Shown here one piece after another: positions 39,405-51,820 of a DNA stretch of 64,000 bases. The notes under the pieces are model-generated. The model saw nothing but the letters and a program-made list of their open reading frames with translations, was not told where the DNA came from and made no database searches. Positions within the stretch are counted from its first letter, which is position 1. Each line of letters opens with the position of its first letter. A program made the translations under genes and the position numbers. This DNA comes from Octopus sinensis (lineage: Eukaryota). The DNA lies in contig NC_043000.1 of NCBI RefSeq assembly GCF_006345805.1, positions 48,298,001 through 48,362,000 of the forward strand. Direction: 5' to 3'.

Positions 39405-39660
39405 TTATATATATATATATATATATATGTATATGTATGTATATGTGTATGTATGTATGAATGTATGTATATGTGTATGTACATACATACATTCATATAT
39501 ATATATATATATATATATGTATATGTATGTATATGTGTATGAATGTATGTATGTACATATGTACATACATTCATATATATATATATATATATATACAGAT
39601 ATATATATGTATGTATGTACGTACATACATACATTCACACACACAAACACACACACATAT
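39405..39660. repeat. Compound microsatellite with three higher-order ~65-87-bp units
   Basis: Each unit is (TA)n...(TATG)n...catacattc. Confidence 0.8.
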
Positions 39661-39765
39661 ATATAAGTTCAGTAAAATTTAGATTCATTTGAATATGGTA
39701 CTTAAGTTAAAGGCACCAGAATTTAGCATGGTGTTTTCCATATAATTCAAAATAGGGTGATTATA

Positions 39766-39965
39766 ATCAAAATAAACAACAAGGATATCCAGAGGTAATG
39801 CAGTACGATCATTTCTTTCGAATTTAACTAAATTCTATATGTTTATGCAACTGAAGATTGCTCTACATTTTAAATTGATGTAATATTTTCATTGTTCAAT
39901 TAAATGGAGTCGCATGAAACGATCGTACTGCATTACCTCTGGATATCCTTGTTGCTTATTTTGAT
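39766..39965 (+). mobile_element. Fold-back element with a minimal hammerhead
   Basis: 45-bp inverted repeat (39766-39810 / 39921-39965, 1 mismatch); CTGAAGA at 39851; GAAA-C-GATC-G-TA at 39916-39927; ends in (TA)n. Confidence 0.7.
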
Positions 39966-40400
39966 ATATATATATGTGTGTGTGTGTGTGTGTATTTTAG
40001 GAAGTTGATTATGGTCGATCATAGAGTGACCATTCGTTTTACACCTATTAAGCACTTAGCCATAGAAGGTAATTCATCAGCCTCAAAAGGCCAAAGGCAC
40101 ATAACCTCTCTACAACTGGAGGAAGAAATATGCCATAGCAATTGACTGTGACATATATCTTTCTCCACTTGTAGAAGAGTTATGCATTTTCAGCCATTTG
40201 AATCTGGTAAGTCACCTGTAGGTATGAAACCAATGTGCTTTATAGGTATGAAACCAATGGTTACTCTATGAATTGTTAACTTCCTAAAAAATACATTGCT
40301 GCTCCAATGTTTTTAGAGTATACATATATCGTTAGTTCATGTATATATACATAAATACTTATATATGCATAAATACTTTTATATATATATATATATATAT

Positions 40401-40663
40401 ACAACTTATAAACAAGGGCAAAAGAAAATTATTTCTATGCCAATACGCTGATAACAGACTTTTAAGTTGTCAATTTCCACATATTATATACCCACTACAG
40501 AAATACATTGTACTGAAATCGTGAAGCTAGTCAATAGAATTTTAAAAAAAGTTTGTTATTTCTATATTGAATATTGAATAACAAACTTTCTTTTTTTAAA
40601 TCTGTTGACTAGCTTCCCGATTTCAGTACAACGTATTTCTGTATTGGGTATATAATATGTGGA
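40401..40663. mobile_element. Fold-back element, ~85-bp arms with a one-sided tail into (TA)n
   Basis: Arms at 40476-40560 and 40577-40663; same family as the insert at 30000-30215. Confidence 0.8.
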
Positions 40664-40895
40664 TGACAAACAATTATTTTATGAATGTCATTAGCTTACA
40701 ATTAATCATTTGTAATTCTTTATTTCTTTATCAATGCTTTCCTTATTACTGGTGTGTACTCAGCTAACATTGTTTAGAAGTATACGTTTATTGAGTTCTA
40801 CACCAGGTTATTAGTCTCACAATGCCTAAGTGAAATATGGATGTATGTATGCATGTACATGATTCCTTTTGGAAATTAGATATAGAAGTAAATAA

Positions 40896-41208
40896 CGATA
40901 AATATCACCCATTTCAAGCCTAGCTAGGATCATGGACCTGGTTTGCCAGTTTCTGTGGTGTGTATGTTCCCCCCAGCTGGATGGGACACCAGTCCATCAC
41001 AGCATTACTGAAGAAACAGGAAGAGAGAGTGATAGAAAGTTGTGGCGAAAGAGTTCAACAGGGGTCGCCACCACACCCTGCCAGAGCCTCGTGGAGCTTT
41101 TAGGTGTTTTTGCTCAATAAACACACACAACGCCCGGTCTGGGAATCAAAACCGCGATTCTCCGACCATGAGTCTGCTGCCCTAACCACTGGGCCATTGC
41201 GCCTCCAC
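40896..41208 (-). mobile_element. SINE family B with a 15-bp TSD
   Basis: TATAGAAGTAAATAA at 40881-40895 and 41209-41223. Confidence 0.9.
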
Positions 41209-41664
41209 TATAGAAGTAAATAAAGCTACACATAATAGCATGAAAATCAGGCAAATAATGGGTTGAAAAACCCTTTTGGAAAGGAAAAGTCAAAGGCTAC
41301 CTAACTATGTTCAATTTTAATCTATTTTATTAAAGATAGTTCATATTCCATTATTAGTCCTTTATGGTTTTCTGGGAAAATAGCCTTTTTAAATCCATTA
41401 ATATTTTGTGGTTTTATTAGTCTCATCATCAAAATGACAGGATACAAATAATGGCATGTTGTGTGCACACATTGCAGCAGGTCACAAAAGATCATATGTA
41501 TATTGTTATATCTGCTAAAATCACCGACTCCAAGCATTTTGGAGAGAATCACAATATATGCATGTGTGTGTGTGTCTATTTACATGTGTGTTTATCTATC
41601 TATCTATCTATCTATTTATTTATCTATACATCTATCTATTTGTCTATCTATCTATCTATCTATT

Positions 41665-41696
<32 letters not shown>

Positions 41697-41831
41697 CACA
41701 CATACGCACTATATATATATACACACATACATACACATATCTACATATATACATAATATATAAACATAGACGCACATATACACATGTATACACACATGTA
41801 CTTATATTTATACATATATAAACATATACAT

Positions 41832-41866
<35 letters not shown>

Positions 41867-42334
41867 CAAATTCAGGTAAAAATCTAAGCCATCTACATAT
41901 ATTTCAGGAAAGAATATTTCTCTTTGAAGTTTGTTTTTTGTGTTTATATTCTCCATTTCCTACTGAAACTTGAAATCATTAGAAAATTTGCATTTTGGAA
42001 ATTAATTGCTTTCTCTCAAGCTTTTTTTTTTCCTGTCTCCCTATGTTCTATTTTACTCAATTTTATTTTATATTACTTTTTTTATTTTTATTCATTTTGT
42101 AACATAAATACAAAGAACACAAGAAAAAGTACACGATGAAACAGCACTGTAACAACATTGGCATCAAGCAAAATAATAACGATAACAAAAAAAGCTATTT
42201 AAAATACGTTTTCCTTTGTTGTGTGGATTCATGCATTCTAGATATATGCTGTCATATATGGAACTGTTTAGAGCATGTTGATGTCATAGAATTGTCTTTG
42301 TATATAGATTTATTTGTACACACACATGTATAAA

Positions 42335-42640
42335 CATCATCATCGCCATTGTTTAATGTCCGCTTTCCATGCTGGCATTGGTTGGACGATTTGACTGAGA
42401 ACTGGCAAGCCAGATGGCTGCACCAGACTCCAATCTGATCTGGCAGAGTTTCTGCAGCTGGATGCCCTTCATAATGCCAACCACTCTGAAAGTGTAGTGG
42501 GTGCTCTTACGTGTTACCGGCACGAGGGCCAGTCAGGCAGTACTGGCAGTGGCCTTGCTCAAATGGTATTTTTTATGTGCCACCTGCACAGGAGCCAGTC
42601 CAGCGGCACTGGTAATGACCTTGCTCAAATGTTATTTTAA
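42335..42640 (-). mobile_element. Family E repeat
   Basis: (CAT)n tail and family E body. Confidence 0.8.
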
Positions 42641-42820
42641 CATACATACATATATATATATACATATATATATATACATATATATATATGCACACACACA
42701 CTCACACACACATATATATATATACGTATGCATACATACACCCATATATATATACATTTTCTTTTCTTCTTTTATTTCTTACACTCACTTGACTGTAACC
42801 ATGATGAAGCACCACCTTAA

Positions 42821-43328
42821 AGGAGGTTGCAGTCTGGGGAGTTCGGTGGCTAGATGTTAGGGATGATGTTGTCGCAGAAATTGTCTTATAACCACGACTG
42901 GGTTCTCCTGCTTGTGTGGCATGGTGCAGAATCCTGTTGCCAGACATAAGGTCTTCCAGCAGCCACCCTTTTGGCTCAGGGCAGCACTGCCTCCTCCAGG
43001 TACGTGTGTGTAAGGACATGTGGGAAGATGGATGGATGCATAACACTGCCAGATGTTGACTGGATGTTTGATTTTTATCACTCTTGGTACATGTCCTCAG
43101 ATTGCCACACAGGCACTCTGAAATGTTTGTATTGGAGCCTTCAGTGTGAATGCCAAACAGTACAGCAAATTTCTAGCTGAGTGAACTGTGTCATGATCCT
43201 GTTTTTCCCACAGACAGTACCCAACTGACTCTACTATACTGTGTAGTTGACAAAATCAAAATCAAACAATGCACATGCACGAAATAAAAAATATGAAATG
43301 GTGACCATTTACCCATCACACTCTGTGT
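42821..43328 (-). mobile_element. Internally deleted Tc1/mariner transposon relic (maT/DD37D-like)
   Basis: YLEEAVLP*AKRVAAGRPYVWQQDSAPCHTSRRTQSWL*DNFCDNIIPNI*PPNSPDCNLL at 42821-43002. The third Asp is lost to an adjacent SINE tail; spacing implies D37D. Possible TIR ends at TA near 43328. Confidence 0.8.
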
Positions 43329-43542
43329 ATATATATATATATATATATACAATAACTGTATATAATATATATCATAATGATATTTAATCTCCGATTTTAA
43401 AGCGACAATTTTTAAATATAAACAAATGACCAAAAAATGATGAGCTAACATCAGGCAGAATCGAACTGTCATGGCTCCTTGTGAATCTGATTGGCCAAAC
43501 GCTCATCCATCAATTTCAGTCAAATTTAGTTAATATATACTT

Positions 43543-43870
43543 TGGCTCAGTGGTTAGAGCATCGAGCTTACGATCGTGAGGTTGTGAGCTCGAATCCCGG
43601 ACCGGGCTGCGTGTTGTGTTCTTGAGCAAGACACTTTATTTTACGTTGCTCCAGTTCACTCAGCTGTAGAAATGAGTTGCGACGTCACAGGTGCCAAGCT
43701 GTATTGGCCCTTGCCTTTCCCTTGGACAACATCGGTGACGTGGAGAGGGGAGGCCGGTATGCATGGGCGACTGCTGGTCTTCCATGAAACAACCTTGCCC
43801 AGACTTGTGCCTCAGAGAGTAACTCTCTAGGTGCAAACCCATGGTCAGTGTCTGACCGAAGGGGGTCTTA
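43543..43870 (+). mobile_element. tRNA-derived SINE, family C
   Basis: ggctcagtggttagagc...gctcgaatccc A/B boxes; central gtgttcttgagcaagacact...cagctgtagaaatgag; partial copies at about 14080, 33555 and 45440. Confidence 0.82.
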
Positions 43871-43899
43871 AAAAAATACTTAAACTGTCTGAATGCTTC

Positions 43900-44094
43900 A
43901 TAAATAACATTTTTACAAACAAACCCAAAAGGCTTTGTGAGTTATGGAGAGAAAGCTACTATGGAAGGCTCATAGTATAATATCTGTATGATAACTGTGT
44001 ATAATATATATCATAATTATACTATGAGCCTTCCATAGTAACTTTCTCTCTGTAACTTGCAAAGCCTTTCGTGTTTGTTTATAAAAATATTATT

Positions 44095-44097
<3 letters not shown>
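43900..44097. repeat. Imperfect fold-back, ~82-bp arms, abutting (TA)n
   Basis: Arms at 43900-43981 and 44016-44097. Confidence 0.85.
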
Positions 44098-44125
<28 letters not shown>

Positions 44126-44266
44126 ATATATATATATATATATATTAATAAATTTTAGGGTAGCAAAATATTCTAGAAAAATTCTCCGCTACCAGCGGTC
44201 AAATGAGAAAGAAAAAATAGTCAATAGACTATATAATATACATTCAAATATATAAGGAATGGCCAT

Positions 44267-44358
44267 AATAGGACATTCAACTCACTAGAAAGAGCAGAAT
44301 TGCAACTATTAGTGGTTTGGAGTTTAACTGCTCTTTCTAGTGAGTTTAATGTCCTATT
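44267..44358. repeat. Fold-back, 31-bp arms, abutting (TA)n
   Basis: Arms at 44267-44297 and 44328-44358, 1 mismatch. Confidence 0.85.
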
Positions 44359-44376
44359 TATATATATATATATATA

Positions 44377-45038
44377 CTTTATTTTAAGCAGCAGAAAATT
44401 CAACAAAATCTGTTACTCTGAGTTTCTCGTTGCCGTTCATCAGACAGTTTTTGCTAGAATGGAACCGATATATCAATTCAATCTAGACTCTTACGAACGC
44501 TACGCCTTTAAAAAGAAATGGACTTGTTTGATTGGCCCTTTAGAAAAAACGGTCAATCTTCGAGCGATAAACAAAAAGGTCAAAAATATATGTATATATA
44601 TATAAAAAAACTTATAAAAATTATAAAATCTGAGGAAAACCTTACATTGAATAAAATACATATACCTTCTTCATTAATGTCAATATGTATTTTATTCAAT
44701 GTAAGGTTTTCCTCGGATTTTATAATTTTTATAAGTTTTTTTATATATATATACATATACTTTTGACCTTTTTGTTTATCGCTCGAAGATTGAGCGTTTT
44801 TTCTAAAGGGCCAATCAAACAAGTCCATTTCTTTTTAAAGGTGTAGCGTTCGTAAGAGTCTAGATTGAATTGATATATCGGTTCCATTCTAGCAAAAACT
44901 GTCTGATGAACGGCAACGAGAAACTCAGAGTAACAGATTTTGTTGAATTTTCTGCTGCTTAAAATAAAGCATATTACTCTACCACTGGTATTTGAGTACT
45001 CTTTTTTCCACCTTGTTTCACATTTATGTGTTTACTCC

Positions 45039-45039
<1 letters not shown>
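44377..45039. mobile_element. Young fold-back element (287-bp arms, 19-nt loop, 70-bp one-sided tail), PLE pseudo-LTR-like
   Basis: Arms at 44377-44663 and 44683-44969 with 4 mismatches by manual comparison; tail homologous (inverted) to 58530-58597; (TA)n on both sides. Confidence 0.9.
44892..44943 (+). ncRNA. Minimal type I hammerhead ribozyme motif, intact core (mirror copy on minus strand at 44403-44454)
   Basis: GCAAAA-a-CUGU-CUGAUGA-a-CG-GCAA-CG-a-GAAA-CUC-a-GAG-UA-ACAG-a-UUUUGU; predicted cleavage after GUA (44932). Confidence 0.75.
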
Positions 45040-45080
<41 letters not shown>

Positions 45081-45084
45081 TATA

Positions 45085-45245
45085 TATACGACAGGCTTCT
45101 TTCAGTTTTTGTCTACCAAATCCACTCACAAAGCTTTGGTCGGGTTGAGTGAGGCTATAGTAGAAGACGCTTACCCAATGTGCCACACAGTGGGACTAAA
45201 CACAGAACAATGTGGTAGGGAAGTAAGCTTCTCACCACACATCCA
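45085..45245 (-). mobile_element. SINE family A, 5' half
   Basis: Ends at its internal (TA)n, where the fold-back element begins. Confidence 0.8.
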
Positions 45246-46822
45246 CTTCAATCTTAGAGAAATAACTGAAAAGGAGTAATGTCATGAATTATCCAAAATC
45301 ATGCCATTAGCCATCTTCAGTTATTTCTCTAAGTTTCTTTTCTTATGAATTATGTGAATTTTTAGACATATTTCGACGAAGGGACTTGTAAAATCTTTTA
45401 GTCTTTGATAAGTTCTTGCTCATGTTCATATATTGTATCTTGTGGCCTAGCGATGAGGGTAAGATTGTGGTTTCAGTCCCTGGATCAGGCAGTGCATTGT
45501 GTTCTTGAGCCACATGATTCATTTCTCATTGCTCTGTGATCACTTTGACACCTGACGTGTGGCACTCTATGCACCAGTACAGACTATGTTGATTTGATGT
45601 AGGGAATGATGTTATGTATAGCAATAACTATTGATGACTATGAACAAATCCTCTGTGCAGGCTGTTCAGAAAGAAATTTGGGGTTTGCTTTGCTTGAACT
45701 TGAGAGAAAACTGAGAAGATGATGCAAATTACCTCAGCCCCCAAAAAGTACCTAAGTCTTTTTTCTGTACTTAAAACTGCAATTACTGAGTAACGAGCAA
45801 GTTGAGACGATATGCATATAATGTGCTATATAATACTGATGTGATCTCTCAGACCAAAAGATATGAACAACTTTGACTTAACTGTAGTAAAGATCAACAC
45901 ATTTCTTCTCTTGCCTGGTAATCACTCAATATGTTGTTCTTTGATTGTTAGTATTATCTTCCCCTACTGCTTAGGAGTTGCCTTTAGTTGGCAAGTACAG
46001 TCACACACACACACACATACACACATTTATATACAGTGGCTGTCATACTCACTCAGTGAGTTAACAACCATTAAAAATACATGATGAAGAGATTTATAAC
46101 AATCAGTGATGATAAGTAATTGTCAGCAAATTTTAAGTCATGAACATTAGGTACATCACAAAAATTACTCTCTTTTGCCAAGCTAAAAGGAAAGAAGCTG
46201 AAGCAAAATATATCTCAACAATGTTAATGGTTTTTCACTCGCCAAGGTTGACTTTGCCTTTCATCCTTGTGGGATCAATTAGATAAGTACCAGTTACGCA
46301 CTGGGGTCGATATAATCGACTTAATCCATTTGTCTGTCCTTGTTTGTCCTCTCTGTGTTTAGCTCCTTGTGGGTAGTAAAGAAATAGCTTTTTCATTTTG
46401 TACATTGGTGTAATACTCTCCTACAGATATGATTTACCAAAAGATAGTATGGGGAAAGAAACTCACTATCAGTCATTGATGGAAATGAGAATCAGAAACT
46501 ATGGCTGATGATGGGATGGGTTTAGATGCTATGCCTCCTTTCCTCTATGTTTCTTTTCCCCCTGTGAGCTGTAAAACAGAAGAATACTGTTTCCCTGCAT
46601 GCTCCAAAGTATCTGTACTTCTGCAGGATAGTCAATGTGACTATGCAGGATTCCTTTATTTCTATTACAAGATCACTCAGTGACTAGTACTGGTGAAATG
46701 TAATTCATTATAACATCTTGTATGACCCATCTAAAAATAAATGAGCTACTGCAACTAACTATACCGGTGATGAACATTGTTGGAAACGGTGCATTTTTAT
46801 GTATATATTCATTGATATATAA

Positions 46823-47179
46823 TGGTAGGAATGGCTGTGTGGTAAGTAGCTTGCTTACCAACCACATGGTTCTGGGTTCAGTCCCACTCAGTGGCACCTT
46901 GGGCAAGTGTCTTCTACTATAGCCTCGGGCCGACCAAAACCTTGTGAGTGGATTTGGTAGACAGAAACTGAAAGAAGCCCATCGTATATACGTGTGTGTT
47001 TGTGTGACTATGTTTGTCCCCCCAACATCACTTGACAACTGATGCTGGTGTGTTTACATCCTCGTAACTTAGCGGTTCGGCAAAAGAAACCAATAGAATA
47101 AGTCCTGGGGTCAATTTGCTCGACTAAAAGTGGTGCTCCGGCATGGCCATAGTCAAATGACTGAAACAAGTAAAAGAGT
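46823..47179 (+). mobile_element. SINE family A
   Basis: Head, body and tail present. Confidence 0.88.
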
Positions 47180-47664
47180 GTATAACTTAATGCAATAATT
47201 TATTACCTGATAATCCATTCTGGTTAAGATTCTTCATCTTGGAATACCTAATGCAGAGTTCTAAGCAACCATAATAGTGAAACATACATATGAACTAATA
47301 ATATGGACATGTATTTATCTTAATTTATCCTATGCACATACATACATACATACACATTGGGATTTGAGAAGGGCTTTAATCAGCTCATCATATGTGGGCC
47401 CATATTTCATGGAATTTGAGTATATAATCATATTTATTGAAGATTAGCAATCATATTTCGACAAAGGGACTTGTAAAAGCTTTTAGTATTTGATAAGTTC
47501 TTGCTCATGTCCATATATTGTATACGTATAAATGTGTGTGTGTGTATTTGTGTGCGTGTGTGTATATACATGTGTGCTTATATATATATGTTTTGCACTC
47601 CACGACATTCTCAATGTTATCTTTCAGCTGAGGAATCCTAGCACACACATAAACACACATAAAC

Positions 47665-47895
<231 letters not shown>

Positions 47896-48834
47896 TAGAT
47901 ATGATCTATTTATGTATATATGTATGCATGTGTGTATATATATAAGTGAGTGAATGAGAGAGTTGTTCCTAAATATATTGCATTGTTACAAAGGTTCAAA
48001 GAAAAAAAAAATGAAGCAAATGCTTCACAAAACAAATACATAAACGTAAAAGACAAAAAACAAGAATTAAAATATCATGAAACAGATTTTGAAACTTTAG
48101 AATAAAATAAAGAGAATATGACATGGGGGACTATATTACTAAATCTAAAAGGGAGAGAGATGGACAGATAGACAATCAAAGAGAAAGAGGCAGAGAAAAT
48201 AGATGAGAAGGAAATGATGAAAAATGAAAATGATAATTTTGATGGGTATTCATTAAAAAAATTGAAGAATAAAATTATGTAAAAAGAGCAAAATAGATAT
48301 ATAAAAAAATAGATGGATGTTGTGATATGTTGAAAATATTTCTTTCTTTCTTTTTAAAATTAAAATAAAAATATATTTTGATAATTTAAAAAAAAATTTT
48401 TGTCAAGGTTTTGAATTCCTTAATTTTTTTTTTTTCTTTGCAAACTCTTTTCTCTGTTTCTTTCTTTACACACACCCTCCCCTCCGCTCGATTTAAGCAC
48501 TCTACTCTATCCCTTTTAGCACCCATTTCTCTCCTTTATCAAGAATGAGATAACTCATCTTTGCTGGCTTCTGCCCCACACCTCTTTTATCAAAAATTGA
48601 GATGAAAAAAATGAAGAGCATTCTACTTCCATCAATCTCACTCAGGCTTTTTTTAAAGTTTTTTTTTTTGTTTTTTTTTTTTTTAAAGAAACACTCTACA
48701 AGAAATCCAACAAAAGATATAAATAAAAGGAGTTGATATCTTTCAGAATATTGATGCAAATTGTCAGACCACAGTGAGCATGGCATGGTCTGAATTTTGA
48801 ATATATAAATAGATATATATTGATATGTGTATAT

Positions 48835-48866
<32 letters not shown>

Positions 48867-49263
48867 TTGTGTATCCAAATGTATGCATATATTTGTATAT
48901 GTGTGTGTGTGTGTATACACACGTATATATATAATTATGTGTGTGAAAATGTGTGTATACAAAAGCATACATACGCACATACTCAAATATACGCTCCAAA
49001 TATACATATATATTTGATCAATACAACACCCAATGCAAACAGCCATCATACAAAACAAACATCAATGTAACAAAATCCATTGCCTCTTTGCCTTTTTTAA
49101 GAATTGACATATGCATGAAGAACAATGGATCATACATTAAATTCCAAGAGGAGCTTTAATATGGTGAAGCTCTTAATTGTAGTATAAAACTGGATATCCA
49201 ACAATATATCCATCCATCCATCTATCTATTAATATACATATATATTTATAAATGATGATGATG

Positions 49264-50125
49264 ATAATCATCATCATCATTTAATGTGTGCTTTCCATGG
49301 TTTGGATGGTTTGACAGAAGTTAGCCATCTGAAAAGCTAGCCAGGCTCTATCTATCTGCTTTGGCATTGGTTTCTATGACCGGATGCCCCTTCTAATGCC
49401 AACCATTTCACAGAGTGTATTGGGTGCTTCTACGCTACACCAGCATGGGTGTGTTTATGTGGCACTGGGATGGGTGTTTTTTTTTACATGGCACCAGCAT
49501 CCACAAGCCTACAAGGTCAGAAATGCTCTGCTGGTGTGGGATGCAGGGGTCATACCTGTAAAAGACGTTGCCAGCAAGTAGCTACAAGAGTCAAACCCGT
49601 GCACTCAGCTTGCAGCTGAATACACACATAGATACATATTTATATATGCTGTGCTTAAGAAGACCCATCAAGTCAAGTGAAATCATAGTCATGGCTGATA
49701 CTGGTGTCACGTAACTGGACCCATGCCAGTGACATGTAAAATGCACCTTTCGGGCATTAGGCCTCATGGATGCAAAGTGGATGATGCTAGAGGCATGTAA
49801 AAAGCTCCTTTTGAGTGTTGGACCTCATTGAAACAATGACAAAGACTTTTGGCATTATGTCATGTTTGAAAAGAAAACCCTTGAAGCCAAGTAAAATTGC
49901 AGTCATGGCAGATACCAGTGTCATGCAAATGGCACCCATGCCAGTGGTATGTAAAAGCTCCCATTACACACACTTGGAGTGGTTGGTGTTAGGAAGGGCA
50001 CCCAGCCATAGAAACCATGCCAAATCAGACTGGAGCCTGACACAGCCTTCCACTTTACCAGCCTTGGTCAAACCATCCAACCCATGCCATCATGAACAAT
50101 GGACGTTAAATGATGATGATGATGA
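49264..50125. mobile_element. Two oppositely oriented family E repeats
   Basis: Minus copy at 49264-49520 with (CAT)n; plus copy at about 49650-50125 ending ggacgttaaa(tga)n. Confidence 0.7.
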
Positions 50126-50146
50126 TGGTACACACACACACACACT

Positions 50147-50189
<43 letters not shown>

Positions 50190-51820
50190 TACTTAATGTT
50201 GGATGAATGAGCAAGTGGTGTTCAATACATGATGTAGAGCATATTGATTTTTTTGATGGGCTTGAAACATGAGTCATGAGCAAGATCATCAGAGCAGCAT
50301 TAAAGACCCCTGTGCAATTCAGTGCACTGAACCCTATACTAGTTATATTTTTATGATGAGTCACAGCACACATAAATCAGAACTGGGCCACCACACCCAT
50401 GAGACACCTCAGCAACTGCTCAAAGTGCCAACACTTTAAGGAGGCACTGATCATGGGACAAACTTCTAGCTTCAATTTTAATTTTATATATAAACACACA
50501 CACACAGAGCCACACACACATATATATGATTAATAGTATTATAACCATGCAATTAATATTATTATAACCATTAATATGTACATTGCTACTATCCCTTTAA
50601 TAATTATAACCAAAGAGTTTTCACCATAGTAGTCAAATATATAGAACTGGTACTAATTCTTCAACCATCAGCTTCTTTATTAGCACTGTTGTCACTGTTA
50701 TTACCTCCAATCACATAAACACCCTCCTTCACTTTTATGCTACATGTGAGTTTATGTATATATGCATGTGTGAAGCTAAGAAATATATGGCTGCACTTTT
50801 GATGTATAGTCTTCAAAAGCAAGCTGGAATGCCATTTTTCAATTGAGCTGAAAATATTGACATCATCACCATCATTCTCGTCGTCATCGTCGTCATTATC
50901 ATCATCATCATCTTCAACTTCATCATCATCATCGACTTCATGATGATCCATCATCATTGTTGCCATCATCGTCATCATTGTGTTCATAATTATTGAGAAA
51001 ATTATCATGTTTTTTTATTGATGATTTCCTGAATTTTTATGTATTTAATTATTCATAACATTACTGAGTTCAGTATCATATATACAACAACGTGAAAAAA
51101 AAAAAAATGCGAGTGTATATTAACCACATCGATTTCCTGGAAGCATGAAAATCAGCAAATCAATAAATTCTTATTGATGTTTAATAATCATAAATATTCA
51201 AGTTTATTTTTAATTCAAACAGTCGTAAAAGTGAACACCTCCTGCATTTCCAAGAAGATTTGTCTTAAGAGGCTTGCACTTATCCATTATTTCACAGAAT
51301 TAAGTGGATGAGCAATATATGCTGCTCCCCACCACTCTACACACTTTGATAGTAAAACAGTCTATTTTCACATAACCCTCCTCAAAGATTTAGCACTTAT
51401 TCCTTACTACTAGATATGTAAACTACCCATATACAGAACAAAGTATTTTATTCTTTCTTTACATCTTTTTTTTTATTTTGCATTACATTTTCTGAACATT
51501 GCTGTCATTGGTTCCATGCTTCTAACTGGGCAAATATCACTGATTCACTGCATCTATTACTATATGCTCTACGAGTCGATATTTAAATCTAATTATTGAT
51601 TCTGCCCGGTGTCAACAGACTAGAAAAACTATCACTCACTGTCTCATTTCACCTTAACTTTAAGTAGATACCATGAACGAAAGATTCACTACTCAAGTCA
51701 GTGATAGTAGTGCTTTATCAACTTTTCTTGACTACACTCAAAACAAGTTACCTTTAAATAGAATGATATAGGCAATGTAAGTGGTGTGACTATTCGAGCG
51801 TGGTCGTTGCCAGTGCTGCT

